A stretch of 64,000 nt of DNA from Eledone cirrhosa (GCA_964016885.1 OZ024753.1:18104001-18168000); one strand, 5' to 3'; shown: positions 14,291 through 28,421, counted from the first letter of the stretch. Notes: generated by a model from the letters alone, not told the origin. Numbers and translations: made by a program.

Positions 14291-14455
14291 GATAAAATAA
14301 TGAACAGTAACTATTGTAATAACTGAATGATTTCCAGCTACCGGTATATGTACGGAATTAACAAAAAATAGACATTTTTTCCGCAAAAATCTTATGTTAA
14401 TATGAATCATTATGACATATGTAATAATATGAATCATTATGACATATGTAATAAG

Positions 14456-14643
14456 GGTGGTGGATTGGCAGTATCGGTAGAGGGTCGGACGCTATGCTTT
14501 CCAGCATAGTTACGTCCCTTTACGATCTGAGTTCAAATCCCGCCGAGGTTGAAGTTGCCTTTCATCCTTACGGGGTCGATAAAATAACGTACCAGTAATA
14601 CACTGGGTTGTTGCTGGCCTTGTGCCTAAAGTAGAAACAATTA
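14456..14643 (+). mobile_element. tRNA-derived SINE with target-site duplication ATTATGACATATGTAAT
   Basis: Consensus match with a flanking direct repeat. Confidence 0.92.
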
Positions 14644-15425
14644 TGACATATGTAATGAAAGACCGATTGTTTTCAATAAGTTGTTTTCAATGCAGTAGAC
14701 AACTATTAATATTTTAATTATTTATATACATTTAGCACCTTTTTTTTATCGCACTTTAGAAATGTCCACGTTAATTTAGTCTCCCAAACCTGTTGAGAAT
14801 ATTGTATGTTTTAGTTCTCGTTTTGTTGGTTTCTGAATAACTGTCAACATCACTTACTATACAATAGCTAAGTATTATAATAAAACGTATTTACTTCTGA
14901 ATAGTTACAAGTCAGGATAGATTCAAATCTCAATATGTTGTTTTTTACAACGATATACTCAAGAAAGAAAAAATGATCTCTGTTATTCGGAAGCATGTGA
15001 CATCTAGACTGAATGACTGCTAGTTGGAAATATATTTAATGCTTTTTTACTAAATGTTAATGGAGTTTGGTTAGTTGTAGCATAATACACGGCCCTAAAG
15101 AATATTCTCTTCTGAATATTGTATAACCAAACATAAAAGCTGCAAAGATGTTGCAAAAGGAAAAAGAAAATGGATAAAAGTAAAATGCCTGACACGATTG
15201 CAAACACAAATATAATTATTAGAGGTTTAAATAAATAAGAAAAAACAAAAGGAATCACCACTCTGACTTAGGTGTAGAGTCTATTATATCTATTGTTCTT
15301 TCCCTCCTTTTCCTCTTATTTATAGTCTTTTTTCTTCTTTGATTAATTTTTATTGAATTGTTTCTCTGGAATAATTCATACTCATTATATATATATATTC
15401 CTTGAATATGTATATTCCTTACATA

Positions 15426-15528
<103 letters not shown>

Positions 15529-15871
15529 TCGTTATATATGTATATATGTATATTCCTTATATATTTATACTAATATTCGTTATATATGTATATTCCTTAT
15601 TCATATTCATTATATATATATATATTCCTTGTATATATATATTCCTATTCATTATATATGTATTTTGAGCAATTATTTTATGCAATTAAACACTTATATT
15701 AAACAATGTGTGACCCCTATACGTCTTCTCAACATCCTCTCATTTTTGGATGTAAACTTATTGTACAACTCTTAATTTCTTCGTATAATCTTTGTAACAA
15801 TTATATAGGAAGTACTATAATTACTACTACAACTACAACAACAACAATGATTACTACTTCTCCTCCTCCTC

Positions 15872-15907
<36 letters not shown>

Positions 15908-15925
15908 TTATTATTATTATTATTA

Positions 15926-16213
15926 GGCTAGCTAATTTGATGAGAGGGGTGCTCTCCCTGGGTGCCCTAGAAGCGCAGGCTGGTTCAGGATTGGTGGGGT
16001 ACTTAAGTCACCCCTGGGTCGTCCACCCCATATAGGGGAATTTATTTTCTTATATTTATACATAGTTTATTTTATATTTTTTATATCTTCATTGTTAAAT
16101 TAATCTTACCATTGTGCTCTCTTACTCGACCTTATTGTAACCCCCCCCCCCCCACTGTTTGTGTCTTTGCATTCCACCCTTCATATCGGCCCTTGTAGCC
16201 AATAAAAGAAATC
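15926..16213 (+). mobile_element. Tx1-type 3' UTR fragment (element D) in (ATT)n
   Basis: Ends CCCTTGTAGCCAATAAAAGAAATCATTATT, nearly the same as the element B terminus. Preceded by (ATT)n. Confidence 0.65.
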
Positions 16214-16218
16214 ATTAT

Positions 16219-16625
16219 TGTGGATTGGCAGTATCGGTAGAGGGTCGGACGCCATAATTTGAAGCATAGAGTTACCTCCCTGTATCTGAGTTCAAATCCC
16301 GCCGAGGTTAACTTTGCCTTTCATCCTTACGGGGTCGATAAAATAAAGTACCAGTAATGCACTGGGTTATTGCTGGCCTTGTGCCAAAAGTAGAAACAAT
16401 TATTATTATTATTAATATTATTATTATTAAGAGCGGTCGATTAGTAGTATCGGTAGTGCCGGACACTTTGTGTCTTACACATACGTCCTTTTACCTTCTG
16501 AGTTCAAATCCCACGGAGTATAACTCCGAGGTCAATAAATGAAGCACCAGTACTGTACTAGGGTCGATTTAAACGAATTGTCCGCCCCCTGAAAAATTGT
16601 TGGGTTTGTGCTTAAATAATAAATC
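16219..16625 (+). mobile_element. Young SINE (16219-16402) followed by an older long-variant SINE
   Basis: Consensus match. The older copy has an extra GGGTCGATTTAA...CCCCC segment. Confidence 0.85.
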
Positions 16626-16679
16626 TTTGTTATTGTTATTATTCATGTATAATTGATATTTTGATAATACCCCGTATAG

Positions 16680-16749
16680 GTCGCTGATTTTGGAATCATC
16701 AAACTTCTTCAACCGTTGAGGGAGGAATGCAATAAGGAAGACTGCGCAT
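16680..16749 (+). CDS. Protein kinase exon with DFG motif: VADFGIIKLLQPLREECNKEDCA
   Basis: tatag acceptor, GTAAGT donor. Continues VK|VADFG. Ends in phase 1, matching the next exon. Not in the ORF track; found by searching for DFG codons. Confidence 0.92.
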
Positions 16750-17021
16750 GTAAGTAATATATCGGCGTTGAATTTCATTGACAAATATTTCATTATCTCT
16801 TAGGAGTAAATCTATGCTAAAAAAGTTGGATATTTATAAAGTAGGTAAACTAATTATGTTACCTATACTTTTTTAATCAACTATTAGATTTCAACTTACT
16901 CACAATATCCAATTTTTGCATTTCTCCTTTTTTCTTTTTTTTTCAATTGCAAATCAACTTCTATATAAACTTGGAAGTATTCCCTACGTTTTTACTGCTA
17001 TAAATCATATATAATTAAGTT

Positions 17022-17242
17022 ATAGGTAGAATCGGTGCAGCGTCGGAAAACATGCTTAGCGGCATAGCTTTCTGACTTCAAGTTCTAAGTTCAAATCCCT
17101 CCAAAGTTAGCTTTGCCTTTCATCCTTTCTGGGTTAACAAAGGAGAGTACCAGTAACGAAATGGGTCGATTTATCGACCCCCCCCCCCAACAAAAAAAAG
17201 AAGAAAGAATTGCTGCTCTTGTCCCTAAATAAGAAACCATTA
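17022..17242 (+). mobile_element. Older long-variant SINE
   Basis: Diverged A/B boxes, core and tail. Confidence 0.8.
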
Positions 17243-17379
17243 TGTTTTCATAAGTCTTTCCAGCAGACATCTTTTACGTCTATTTACAACAGACAGGAGA
17301 TTGTCCCACAAATGATAGAATAATAATCTATTCAATTTTGAATACAAGAAAGTTTGTAAAAGCAGAGTCTTTAGACATG

Positions 17380-17720
17380 CATTCCTGAGGATCCGGTTAG
17401 AGGCTACCGTTTGTTATTGATCCGACTGGATCCTAAAGCAAGAGCAATCGAGCTCATGTATGTCAATCAGCATCTTGCTCTTGGTTTCACTATGGGTCGG
17501 TTGGCTTTGCCGCTAAAATCCCTCCAGCGATTCTTTTCTTAACCATTCTAATCACATGCCCATGTTATTGGAGCCATGATCTCCCGTTAGGAAAAACATG
17601 TTAGCTCTACCTGGAACGATTCCCTGATTCGGAGGAAATCCATTGTAGTCGCTTCTATTCGTGATCGTATTCTTCTTCAATTACATAAGATTCATGATCA
17701 TAGACAAGGATAAACAGGGA
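17380..17720 (-). pseudogene. Degraded RTE-like LINE 3' fragment
   Basis: Translates to ...HGHVIRMVKKRIAGGILAAKPT...PRAR, like the GHVxRM...RPRGRP C-terminus of RTE ORFs. Confidence 0.55.
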
Positions 17721-18467
17721 AACTGAATTGAAGTTTGCGAGTTTGGCTTTTTTGCCTACTTCTGTTGACCGAATGCTGACGCTGGCTTGTTGCTGCACCA
17801 GCTCCAGCAATTCCTGCATTTAATTCAGTTTCTGGACCTCCACCACTCATGAGAACGGGGCCCTCATGAAAGTTTCCACCTTCTTCAGTGTACGACTTCA
17901 CTCATGCAGAACATAGTGCAATTACAATCTCGAGAGAACGAATTTCTCAGTTTTCGCAGCACCGAGTCTCCTTCCTAACATCTCGTACTCGGCCTGAAAC
18001 CTACCCAACGAGGATACCATCTTGTGGGTTGTACTACCATGTCTTCAAATTACAGTCGACTGTTTCTACATCCAGCGGTATGGATGTCATTTCTAATCCA
18101 GGTACACACACATCAATCCTGTTCATGACCAGAAGTGGTGAGAGTCTGCTGATATCATAACCACTGTTCCTTAAGGGTGAGGGTGATGATGATGGTATTG
18201 GTATATGTTTGTGTTTGTGAGTCTTTGTGTATGTATGTGATTGTGAATACGCGTGTGTTTGTTAGTATTCGTGTAATATGTGTTTGTGTACGTGTGCATG
18301 TTTGTATGTGTTTGTGTATGTATATGTGCGCGATTGTAAGTGTTTCTCTATGTATGTGATTGTGTATGTGTTATGTGTGTGTAATGCAGAACATGCCATG
18401 CTTGCCTTTGTAAGTTTCATTTTCAAATATCGATATTTAATATAGTTTTCTTCACATCTTCATGAAG

Positions 18468-18655
18468 GTCAAAAGTTTCTCAGTGCTTGTGCTTCTTCGG
18501 TACGATGGACTGCACCAGAGGTCCTCCGTAATCCAAGAGCTAGAGAAGAGGATCGCTGTTTTTCAACACATTCAGACGTGTATTCTTTTGGTGTATTTAT
18601 GTGGGAGCTAATATACAACAAGGATCCTTTCTTTGAAATTGACAACGAAGAAAAG
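18468..18655 (+). CDS. Protein kinase exon (subdomains VIII-X): CQKFLSACASSVRWTAPEVLRNPRAREEDRCFSTHSDVYSFGVFMWELIYNKDPFFEIDNEEK
   Basis: Pyrimidine tract then AAG acceptor; T+GT completes a Cys codon. WTAPE and SDVYSFG motifs. AAG|GTAAGT donor. Confidence 0.93.
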
Positions 18656-21087
18656 GTAAGTTGGAATTTAACGATCTATTACAGACAAACAATATGAAAT
18701 CTATTGAAAAATATAAAACTTCTCAATATTTATGAAGAAAAATGAGGGCTAAAGTAGGTGATAGAAGACATATTTTCAAGTGAATCATTCGCTATATTTG
18801 TACTCGATAAAATAAAAACAACAATATTATAAATGAATCATAATATAATAAAGGGAGGAGTGCGGGACTGCGTCCTCAATATATTATTTTATCCCGTTTG
18901 TAAAATAAGTTGGATTACTTTGAATAAATAATGAATGAATATTACATAATTTATGTACTACATTTCGTAACACTTGATTAAATATAAATAATTTTATTGC
19001 TTATCTCAAGATTCACTTCTTTTACATTTTTCCAATGTTAATACTTCCGATTATGATATATATATCATATATCTATATCATGTCGCTAATGTTCTCCTTT
19101 TTCGTTTTCATAACATTTCACCGTAATGCAGTTTATATATAATATCGTCTTTTTTTAAATGTATCATGGATTACTTTACTGATTACAGAAGAGAGTGTAA
19201 CACAGTCTCTCTTCAATTTCTGTGTATATTCTCAACTACGATTTTATTTGACGTATCATATCTACATGCATATATATTTGCGTATAATATCTATATGCAC
19301 ACTACACATTTAATTTACTAGCAGATAAGCACCCGAAGAGTGGTTTTTCTGCTAGTAAATTAAATGATAGACAAGTGAGGATGGAGGAGAAAATCTTGTT
19401 TCGAACACATCACGTGGCACATTGACCAATTCACCAGTAGAAATGTATTAGTTAAAATGATACGGATTATAACTGCATTTTTTATTTTACATTAGTGTGG
19501 TATGTGTTAAATGCTGTCCAGATTGATATCATATTTAGTTTGTATCTTTAACATCACCATTTACATTGTAACTTACTGAGAGAAAATATTAGGGAACATT
19601 CACCTATATGTATGACGGAGAGAGTGGGTTAAACAGTCCCTAGTACTTGGCTAGTTATTAGTTTGACTTCGCTAGGGTGCACCTGCGTGAAATATACATG
19701 CTGACGAGTACAAAGAAATGAATTTGATAAACATTTTGATAAGATAATTGAATTAAAGAGGATATGAAATAACGCCATAGTCACTTTACTTCTGCTATTT
19801 GCATCCGAGTTTAAATTCTGTTAAATCCTTATAATTTTGTCATCCCAGTGACACATATTTACGGTTTGTAAGGAGTTGAGTTAGCCAAGGTTTTAATATA
19901 AGATCAGGATCCATCAAATACCTGACTGCAAGTAAAAGCCAATCCTTACTATATAAGGAAGAAATAAATATTTGGTAAAATGTTAGATTCAATATAAAGA
20001 ATTGTAGCACACATCTTTCCTATCCTACTTTCATGACATATCAAAGGAAACGTCAAGGAAGAATAAATACAAAATAAAAAGTACGCCTTATGTAAATTGA
20101 TTGATCATATTTCCTACAAAATGATTTGGATATCTAAACGAATCTCTTCATATGCATATGTACATCTTCGTCTTTTTTTTCTCCTTTCGTATATTTCATA
20201 TCTCATGAGCAATATGTCAGCTTTTTCCCAGAGAAAACATCTCCAGGAAAAGTCGGAAATAAAATCTTTCATATAAAAATATTTTTTATTTGGCTTAATA
20301 TGGCTTCGGCTCTTTCTGGAATAGGGAAACATATACTTGTTCAAATAAATAAACATGGTTCAGAAAACCTTGCATGAAATTTATTGGAACTACAACTGAT
20401 AGGGAACTACAACTGATAGGGATCAGTAATTTAAACCAGCTATGACATTAACTATGTTATTTTAGCTATCGAGAAAGTGTAATATCTTCTATCGAAACTA
20501 GAATCTTAAAGGCAATGTTAAACGTTGAATTATCTGTTTTATATCATTGTTTCACAACTGAAACATGAGACCATTTGATCGAAGTTCGTGGAAATTAATC
20601 CAGGAGATATGTTCCTTTTACCGGAAATAGCGAAATGAAGATTAAGCTATCATCTTCATTTCGATTACTCTTAAGTGGGAATAAATTGTGTACATCTAAA
20701 ACTTATATTTAGTGGCCATGTTGATATTCGGAAACCTGTAGAAAATGTCGATAACAAATACATTTTCAAACGGTTATATTCTCTATTCAGAGACATATTA
20801 AACATAGCGGCTTGCAATATTCTCTCGAATACTTTATTTAAGAATTCAACGCGTATTAAACATCATAAATTAATTAAAGAACTGTTGAATCAAAAGTCAG
20901 TTGATTATATGATTGTAATCCTAGCAAGTTATTAATGGATAGTAAACTCTATTGACTCCAGTGGCTCGGTAAATCTAGCCGCAATACCTTCCCAAAGTCA
21001 TGATGTTTCATTGACAGAAGCAATGAAAGATACTCGGTGAGTTGATATTCATCCGTGCTAAATTTCGCAAATAAAATAATATCAATA

Positions 21088-21300
21088 ATAGTTTCTGATT
21101 TAGGCACAGAACCAACATATTTTTGGGGAGAGAAAAGTCAATTACACCGATCCTAGTGCATTACTGGTGCTTTATTTTATCGATCCAGTAAAGATGAAAG
21201 GCAAAGCTAACCTCGGTGGAATTTGAAATCAGAAAGAAAATGGACTTAACTATGCTGCGCAGCATGGTGTATGAGGCTCTACCGATTCTTCCGATCCACT
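21088..21300 (-). mobile_element. Older long-variant SINE
   Basis: Diverged consensus match. Confidence 0.8.
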
Positions 21301-21689
21301 GTTCCATAAATCATGAATAATAAATGAGTATAATAACTGATTTCTTGTATTGAGTACTTCATGTTAAAAAGATCTTACCGTGGTTTCAGGCTAGTATGGA
21401 TTATATTGCATTGACTAAAATCCCAGCATGTTTTGTACCAAACAAATACTAAACACAACAGATTTTAGATTTTTGTAGCTTTCCTTAATACACTGCGACT
21501 TTCTGAGCGAGAAATAATTGAATGACAAGCGTGATTAAACATAGCGTCTTCTAATATTTCTCTGGAAGGCTTTAGTTAAGAATTTCTCGCCTATTAAACA
21601 TCTTAAATTAATGAAAGAATTTAAATTCTTTAATTTTAATGTACCGACATAGAAATGGGAGATAGTAGCACATAATTAGATAACTACCT

Positions 21690-21756
21690 AAATATTATAG
21701 TGCGGGTAACTATATATTACTCGGGGGTAACTATATATTATAGTGGGGGTAACTAT
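21690..21756. repeat. Short ~21 bp tandem repeat (GGGGGTAACTATATATTATAGT-like, 3 copies)
   Basis: Direct reading. Confidence 0.8.
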
Positions 21757-21761
21757 GGCAA

Positions 21762-21953
21762 GGGGGTGGATTGACAGTATCGGTAGAGGGTCAGACGCCA
21801 TGCTTTGCCGCAAAGAGTTACGGCCATTTATGGTCTGATTTCAAATCCCACCGAGGTTAACTTTGCCTTTCATCGTTACGGGGTCGATAAAATAAAGTAC
21901 CAGTAATACACTGGTATAATTGCGTGCCTTGTACCAAAAGTAGAAACAATTAT
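21762..21953 (+). mobile_element. tRNA-derived SINE
   Basis: Same consensus. Confidence 0.9.
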
Positions 21954-23294
21954 ATATAGATAATAGATTCCATTCTTTCAAACGAGGGACTCGGTATATT
22001 TGTAATCAACGAAAGAAAACGAGCAATAGTGAGTATATTTCAGACGAATGAACAAACAATAATGGAGGTATTCTTGGTTGGAACATATTCCACGATAAAT
22101 TGACCAATTCACCATCAGATATGTCTTGGATCAAACGATACAGAATAGAAGTGTAACCGTGTATTGAACGTAACATTATATAAAGTTTGACCTTCATATT
22201 GTCTTTGAAATAAATATTTTATTAGGGTAACATTATTCAAATTTTCGGAATGCATAAACACACACACACACACGCACCCCCCCCACACACACGCACACAC
22301 ACGCACACATACGCACACACACACACACACACATATGTATAAATATATATATAGTTGTAAGAATCTCTCCGGAGAGCTGGACAGCAGGTGTTCGGATAAG
22401 AAACAATGCTCAAGCGAGTGTTTCGATACATTCATACATACATGGTGGTTGCCAACTCGTTTTCGAGTACGGCCACTACTTTACATCCATGTAGGAGAAC
22501 CCCTACCGATGCGCTGAACGAGTGTGACTTTTTAGTCCAGCCAGCAACTTGAAAACTCTGGTACAAACAATACACATGTGACAATTATTGACACATAGTG
22601 CTGGACCCATGGTACCATGTAACGACAAGTGCAGACAGATCTCCAGATATAAAGGAATGCCTGTGCCGTGAAGCTTTTATAGTGAGCAAAGGCACTGCAC
22701 AAAGCCAGTGCCACTCTCTTAAACAAGATGATATTTACCAAAAAGAAGAACAAGTCAATATCATTGGATACCATCACGGTTGCAGGTGTTATATCAGAGT
22801 TTTCCTTCTCCTAGAATTCTGCCTTGACAAAGGCTAAGGGGTCATCTCCCCCGGTGATTTTGGATGGGCATTGACTCTTAAGAGCTCGATTGCCCTTTGA
22901 CAGGTTTTGTTTTTAGTCCTGCAGGATGTCCAAAGTCACCCTCCTCACCAAGAAACATTGGTGGGGTTGCCAGTTTAGTCGCCAACGACCCGACCATTGG
23001 ACAGGTTGTACTGGGATACATGTTACATACATACATACATACATATATACATTCATATATAATAATATATATAGAAATAAACACAGTAAATTGTGTGTCT
23101 AAAATTACGAGGGTAGAAGTACCACATTGGTTTGATGAATTTAACCTGGATCAAACAGAAGATATAGAATATATATACAGACCGTCTCAATAACTATTTC
23201 ATCTCTCGGACAGATTAGGGATTTAATCTGTTTCGCCCTGAAATTTGTATTTGTAACAGATAATCCGTAGGCTTTCCTCAGACATTCATATATA

Positions 23295-23353
<59 letters not shown>

Positions 23354-23713
23354 ATTTTATTAAAATAACAGATTAATAACAATAAATTTTTGCTCTACGG
23401 TTCTTATATATTTGATATATATTTATCCTTATCGAGCCCTCTTTGGATTTTAGTCTTCAAATTTATTATTATTACTATATATATTATATATATATATATT
23501 AAAATAACAGATTAATGTTTAAGCAAAGAATCGCTGCTTTCTCCCTTAACGGTTAAGGCTGAAAGTAGCGATCCTTTGCTTAAATTTTAATCTGTTATTT
23601 TAATAAATATTTGCTCTAGGGTTCTTATATATTTGATATATATTTATTCTGATCGAGTCCTCGTTGGATTTTAGTCTTCAAGTTTATTATCATTATTATA
23701 TATATATATATAT

Positions 23714-24028
23714 AGGCGATGGATTGGCAGTATCGGTAGAGGGTCGGACGCCATGCTTTCCAGCATAGTTACGTCCCTTTACGATCTGAGTTCAAATCCC
23801 GCCGAGGTTGACTTTGCCTTTCATCCTTACGGGGTCGATAAAATAAAGTACCAGTAATGCACTGGGTAATTGCTGGCCTTGTGCCTAAAGTAGAAACAAT
23901 TATTATATATATATATATAGTTCAGATCCCACCGAGGTTTACTTTGCCTTTCATCCTTACGGGGTCGATAAAATAAAGTACCACTAGTGCACTGGGTATT
24001 TGCTGGCCTTGTGCCTAAAGTAGAAACA

Positions 24029-24035
<7 letters not shown>
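23714..24035 (+). mobile_element. Full SINE (23714-23905) plus a truncated tandem copy
   Basis: Near-consensus copies. Confidence 0.92.
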
Positions 24036-24439
<404 letters not shown>

Positions 24440-24509
24440 ATTAGAATACTGGAGCGTGTTTGAGTCAAACACCCTCTTCGTATTATAGAAATGACAGTAA
24501 AAGGTATAG

Positions 24510-26486
24510 CTCAATGCAGTTAAACAGAGCCGAAAAATTGATTGGTTCTCTGGGATTAATAGACTTGAATCTAATAAGTTTATCCAATTCGATATTGATG
24601 CCTACTACACATCAATTTCACCCATCCTCCTCAATAAAGCCTTAATGTTGGCCATGAGAGTGTCCAGCCTTACACGATCGCAGGTAGATATTATACTAGC
24701 AGCCCGTAAAACTATTATTAAATTTGAGGACACTTTTTGGACCCGTAAAAACACGCCCAATAATTTCGACGTTACAATGGGTTCGAGCGATTCGGCCCAG
24801 GTTACTGATCTTGTTGGGTTGTTCCTCCTTAATGAACTATACGCTACCTTCACGCACCTTGTAGGCGGACTATATCGTGATGATGCATTGTTTATAATTA
24901 ACTCTAGTACCAACAATGTAGAACGTAATAAGAAGCTTTATAAGTTTTTTAATAACTACAACCTTTCAATCACGATAGATAGAAATGATAGAGCGGTTAA
25001 CTTTTTAGATGTGACTTTGGACTTGGCCGCTAATAGTTTTAAACCCTTCCATAAGCCTAATGAAATTCTTTCTTATGTTAGCCCCAATTCTAACCACCAT
25101 AAGTCTATGATAAACTCTATAATTAAGGGCGTTTCTAATAGGATTTCCACACTATCTAAGGACATAGGAACTTTTAATGAACATGCGGAGTACTACAATA
25201 ACGCCCTAGCAAATTCAGGTCACTCTAGTAGAATAAATTATAATAATAGTAACTTTAGAAAGTCTCCGCTTACTCTTAATAATAATAACATTATATCACA
25301 TAACATGGCTATGAATGTGAGTAGCAAACTTAGTAACCGTAGAACTTATATAGGAGTATCTGAACCCACCCATAAGTTATCCCACCGGACTCGTAATAAC
25401 AAATATAATACCTCTAAGAGACAAGTCGAGCCCCCTGTGCGCTCACGCATTGGTTTTGGTTTGGCTGGATCTTGTTCTAGTAATGTTGCTCCTACTGATC
25501 CTATCATTGGCCTTAATCCTCTTGTAGGGATTCTGGACAACAGCGGATCTACTAGAGGTAGAAACTATAATAGGCATAATGTAATTATGGCTGATTCTAT
25601 GAATGCGGCTTCAACTATTCCCGATAGTAACCCTAGTCTCGACGGTGGGACTTTTGATAGAGGTAGGGTCGATAAGAATAAAAATAAAAATAGAAGGCGA
25701 TTGAATACTTATTTCAACCCGCCATATAACCAGGATGTATCAACTAATATCCCTAGGTCTTTCTTCACTATCCTGGAGAAACATTTCCCCCCTTCTCACA
25801 AATACCATGGTATTTTTAATAAAAATGTTATTAAACTATCATTCTCTACCACCCCTAATATTAGTTCTCATTTAGCTAGCACTAATAATAGGAAGATTAG
25901 GGATGGATTCTCCTCTCTGCAGACTAATAGTCTGAATGCATCGGACAATGCTTTACCACCAGAACAGTCCTTATCTAATAGAGGTCCTAGGTGTAATACA
26001 TCACCACTCGAGCCAACCAATAACACCCGGAAGTGCAATTGTAGAGTGAGTGCTAACTGCCCTCTAAACGGTAACTGCCTTTCTAAGAACATTGTCTATG
26101 CTTGCGAGGTTATATCTAATTCCTTTAAAGGAACATATATAGGATCTACTTCAAACACTTTTAAGACTAGGTTTAACTCTCATATCTCTAACTTCAAACA
26201 TATTAGGTTTAAGAATTCTACCTCTCTAGCGCATTATATCTGGGATCTTAAGGGAGCTTGTATACCATATAGCCTTAACTGGAGTTTAGTAGCACGATCT
26301 AACCACCTTTCTGCACATAGTAAGTTTTGTAATCTCTGTATACTTGAGACACACTCTATTATTTTCTCTAGCGTACCCTTACTGAATAGAAAGTCTGAGA
26401 TATTCTCCTCTTGCCCCCATGCAATTTCTAATTCTTACTTTTATTATAAACCCAAATGTTCTAGTAGTACAAATCGTACCCATTAG
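24510..26486 (+). CDS. Penelope-like reverse transcriptase with GIY-YIG endonuclease (N-terminally truncated)
   Basis: The frame is open upstream of the annotated Met back to 24510 and includes RT motif FIQFDIDAYYTSI. Then FDVTMGS, LYRDD, FLDVTL, FNPPY, CxCx5Cx5C (CNCRVSANCPLNGNC), IVY...YIG...RFNSH, CNLC, CPH. Confidence 0.92.
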   Translation, partial: LNAVKQSRKIDWFSGINRLESNKFIQFDIDAYYTSISPILLNKALMLAMRVSSLTRSQVDIILAARKTIIKFEDTFWTRKNTPNNFDVTMGSSDSAQVTDLVGLFLLNELYATFTHLVGGLYRDDALFIINSSTNNVERNKKLYKFFNNYNLSITIDRNDRAVNFLDVTLDLAANSFKPFHKPNEILSYVSPNSNHHKSMINSIIKGVSNRISTLSKDIGTFNEHAEYYNNALANSGHSSRINYNNSNFRKSPLTLNNNNIISHNMAMNVSSKLSNRRTYIGVSEPTHKLSHRTRNNKYNTSKRQVEPPVRSRIGFGLAGSCSSNVAPTDPIIGLNPLVGILDNSGSTRGRNYNRHNVIMADSMNAASTIPDSNPSLDGGTFDRGRVDKNKNKNRRRLNTYFNPPYNQDVSTNIPRSFFTILEKHFPPSHKYHGIFNKNVIKLSFSTTPNISSHLASTNNRKIRDGFSSLQTNSLNASDNALPPEQSLSNRGPRCNTSPLEPTNNTRKCNCRVSANCPLNGNCLSKNIVYACEVISNSFKGTYIGSTSNTFKTRFNSHISNFKHIRFKNSTSLAHYIWDLKGACIPYSLNWSLVARSNHLSAHSKFCNLCILETHSIIFSSVPLLNRKSEIFSSCPHAISNSYFYYKPKCSSSTNRTH

Positions 26487-28335
26487 CAGATATATTCCAT
26501 TACTTAGTTTTTTGTTTGGGTTCTTTTGTTTGCCAACACTATTGTTACCATTGGTTTTTGATGACTCTTCATTCTAGCTCTCATAATTATTTGGCCACTG
26601 TACCATATCTATGTCTTCACTATTACACCTTGTTAGTATACATAAGATTACACACGTTATTATCTTTATATATTCTTTTATTATCATTAACTTTAATTTT
26701 TAATTTTAACATTATTTTTATTTTTATTTTTAATTCTATTTTTATTTCTAAGTCTATTCTGATTTATCTATCGAACCCCCCTCCCCCCCATGCACGCATA
26801 AACTTATTGTCAACCCCTCTAGATTGAATATGATTATATTAAACCGCCCCTCTTTTATACTCTGTTCTATTATTTATTATAGTATATCGAATATATTTTA
26901 TGCCACTTCGCACCCTCCATATATTTTGTCAATTCTGTCCCCATTAGCCTACCTTAACTCTACTTAAGTCAGTTTTTTAGATATCGTTGCGTATATGATA
27001 GTGTAATTTTATTCCTTTTTGTAAACATTTGTAACGATACATTAAAGTTTATATACTTTAATGACTTAGACTATAGCTAATTTTATACTACCTTATCGGA
27101 CGGGTTTGATATTTTTAATATTAATTTATCAGATAGGGTTTGGAGTCATTTAAAATGATCGCTTTCCTTGGTGTTTACCAAATTTCTTAATGCACGCGAG
27201 GCCTAAGTGTGTATACATTGGCTTTGTTTTGTTTTGTAATTTCCGGTTGATTGTATTTATCTGTCTTATTTACTACTCACTGTCTGGCATCGTTCACTCA
27301 TCCACACATGTCTGTCTACTAACCTTGAAATTATAAGTATTTATTTATATATTATATGCCAATTTTTAAAATATATTACATTATGATATAGATCCTTATT
27401 ACTTACCGTTTATTATATATAACATTAAGATAGTTAAACTTTATATTTTTTTAATATTTTAATATTTTAATATTGTAATATGTAACATTATGGTATTTAG
27501 ACTTTACATATCATGTTAGATGTCTATATTTTTTCTGTAACAACATATTTTTTCTGTAACATCATAATTGTTCCCTGTACCAATATAGTTTTTTTTAGTA
27601 TTATTGTATTATATTATATGATTGATATCTCCCCATTTATTATGTAACCCAATATGAATCATGTTGTACATATTGTTTATGGTAATTGTTAATATAATGT
27701 TAACAATTTATCATTGTATTTCACTGTGACATCTATATTGTTTCTGTAAATTAACCGGAGATTATATATATTCTACTTTATTATATTGTATTGTATTATA
27801 TAATGTTGTTGTTTATTATTTATTATAAGTGTTTCTTGTAATTATTGCCTCATGTATATTGGGTAGATGTATTAGCATTATTTTCACTATTACCATGCTT
27901 ATTTTTGATATTTGTGATGTTCAAACTTCCAATAGGGATTAATTTCTGTGTAATAGAACATAGATATGTGTATTGTAATATGTGTGTGTGTGTGTGTGTG
28001 TGCGCACATATATACATGTATATATTGTACCTTTTGATTTTTAATTTGGAATTTTAATGTTGGTATAGATATATTATTATTATAATGTATTATACTGTGT
28101 TATATATAATTCCTGCTCTATATAACCAAATTTGTTTAGATTTAAGTTGGTGACTTTGGACGATATTTGTAATATGGTTCTTAATGTTATCTACATCCTT
28201 AGTTATTATAATTTTATTATTTTCATCTTCATTTTTATTATCGTATATCTTTGTAAGACATTAGTTTATGTAAACTCCATATTCTTCAGAGTTTCTGGCT
28301 TGTATCTGCCGAAATTACCTCTTGTTGTTTTGATT

Positions 28336-28373
28336 GCCCCGATGAGTCCTTAATAGGACGAAACATTGTCGGC
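28336..28373 (+). ncRNA. Minimal type I hammerhead at the 3' end of the Naiad-like element
   Basis: GCC-CCGATGA-GTCCT taat AGGAC-GAAA-CATTG-TC-GGC, then AATAAA. Confidence 0.85.
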
Positions 28374-28421
28374 TAATAAAAACTTTTGATGTATTAAAGG
28401 ATTCTTTGTTTTACTCTCTTA

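Noticed and set aside
18446-18467. Alternative TAG acceptor at 18445 for the WTAPE exon
   Set aside because: Phase 0 is incompatible with the phase 1 end of the DFG exon; the AAG acceptor at 18467 fits.
19307-19367. Small hairpin with loop CCGAAGA as a ribozyme remnant
   Set aside because: The hairpin is real, but there is no GAAA or stem III, so the core match may be chance.
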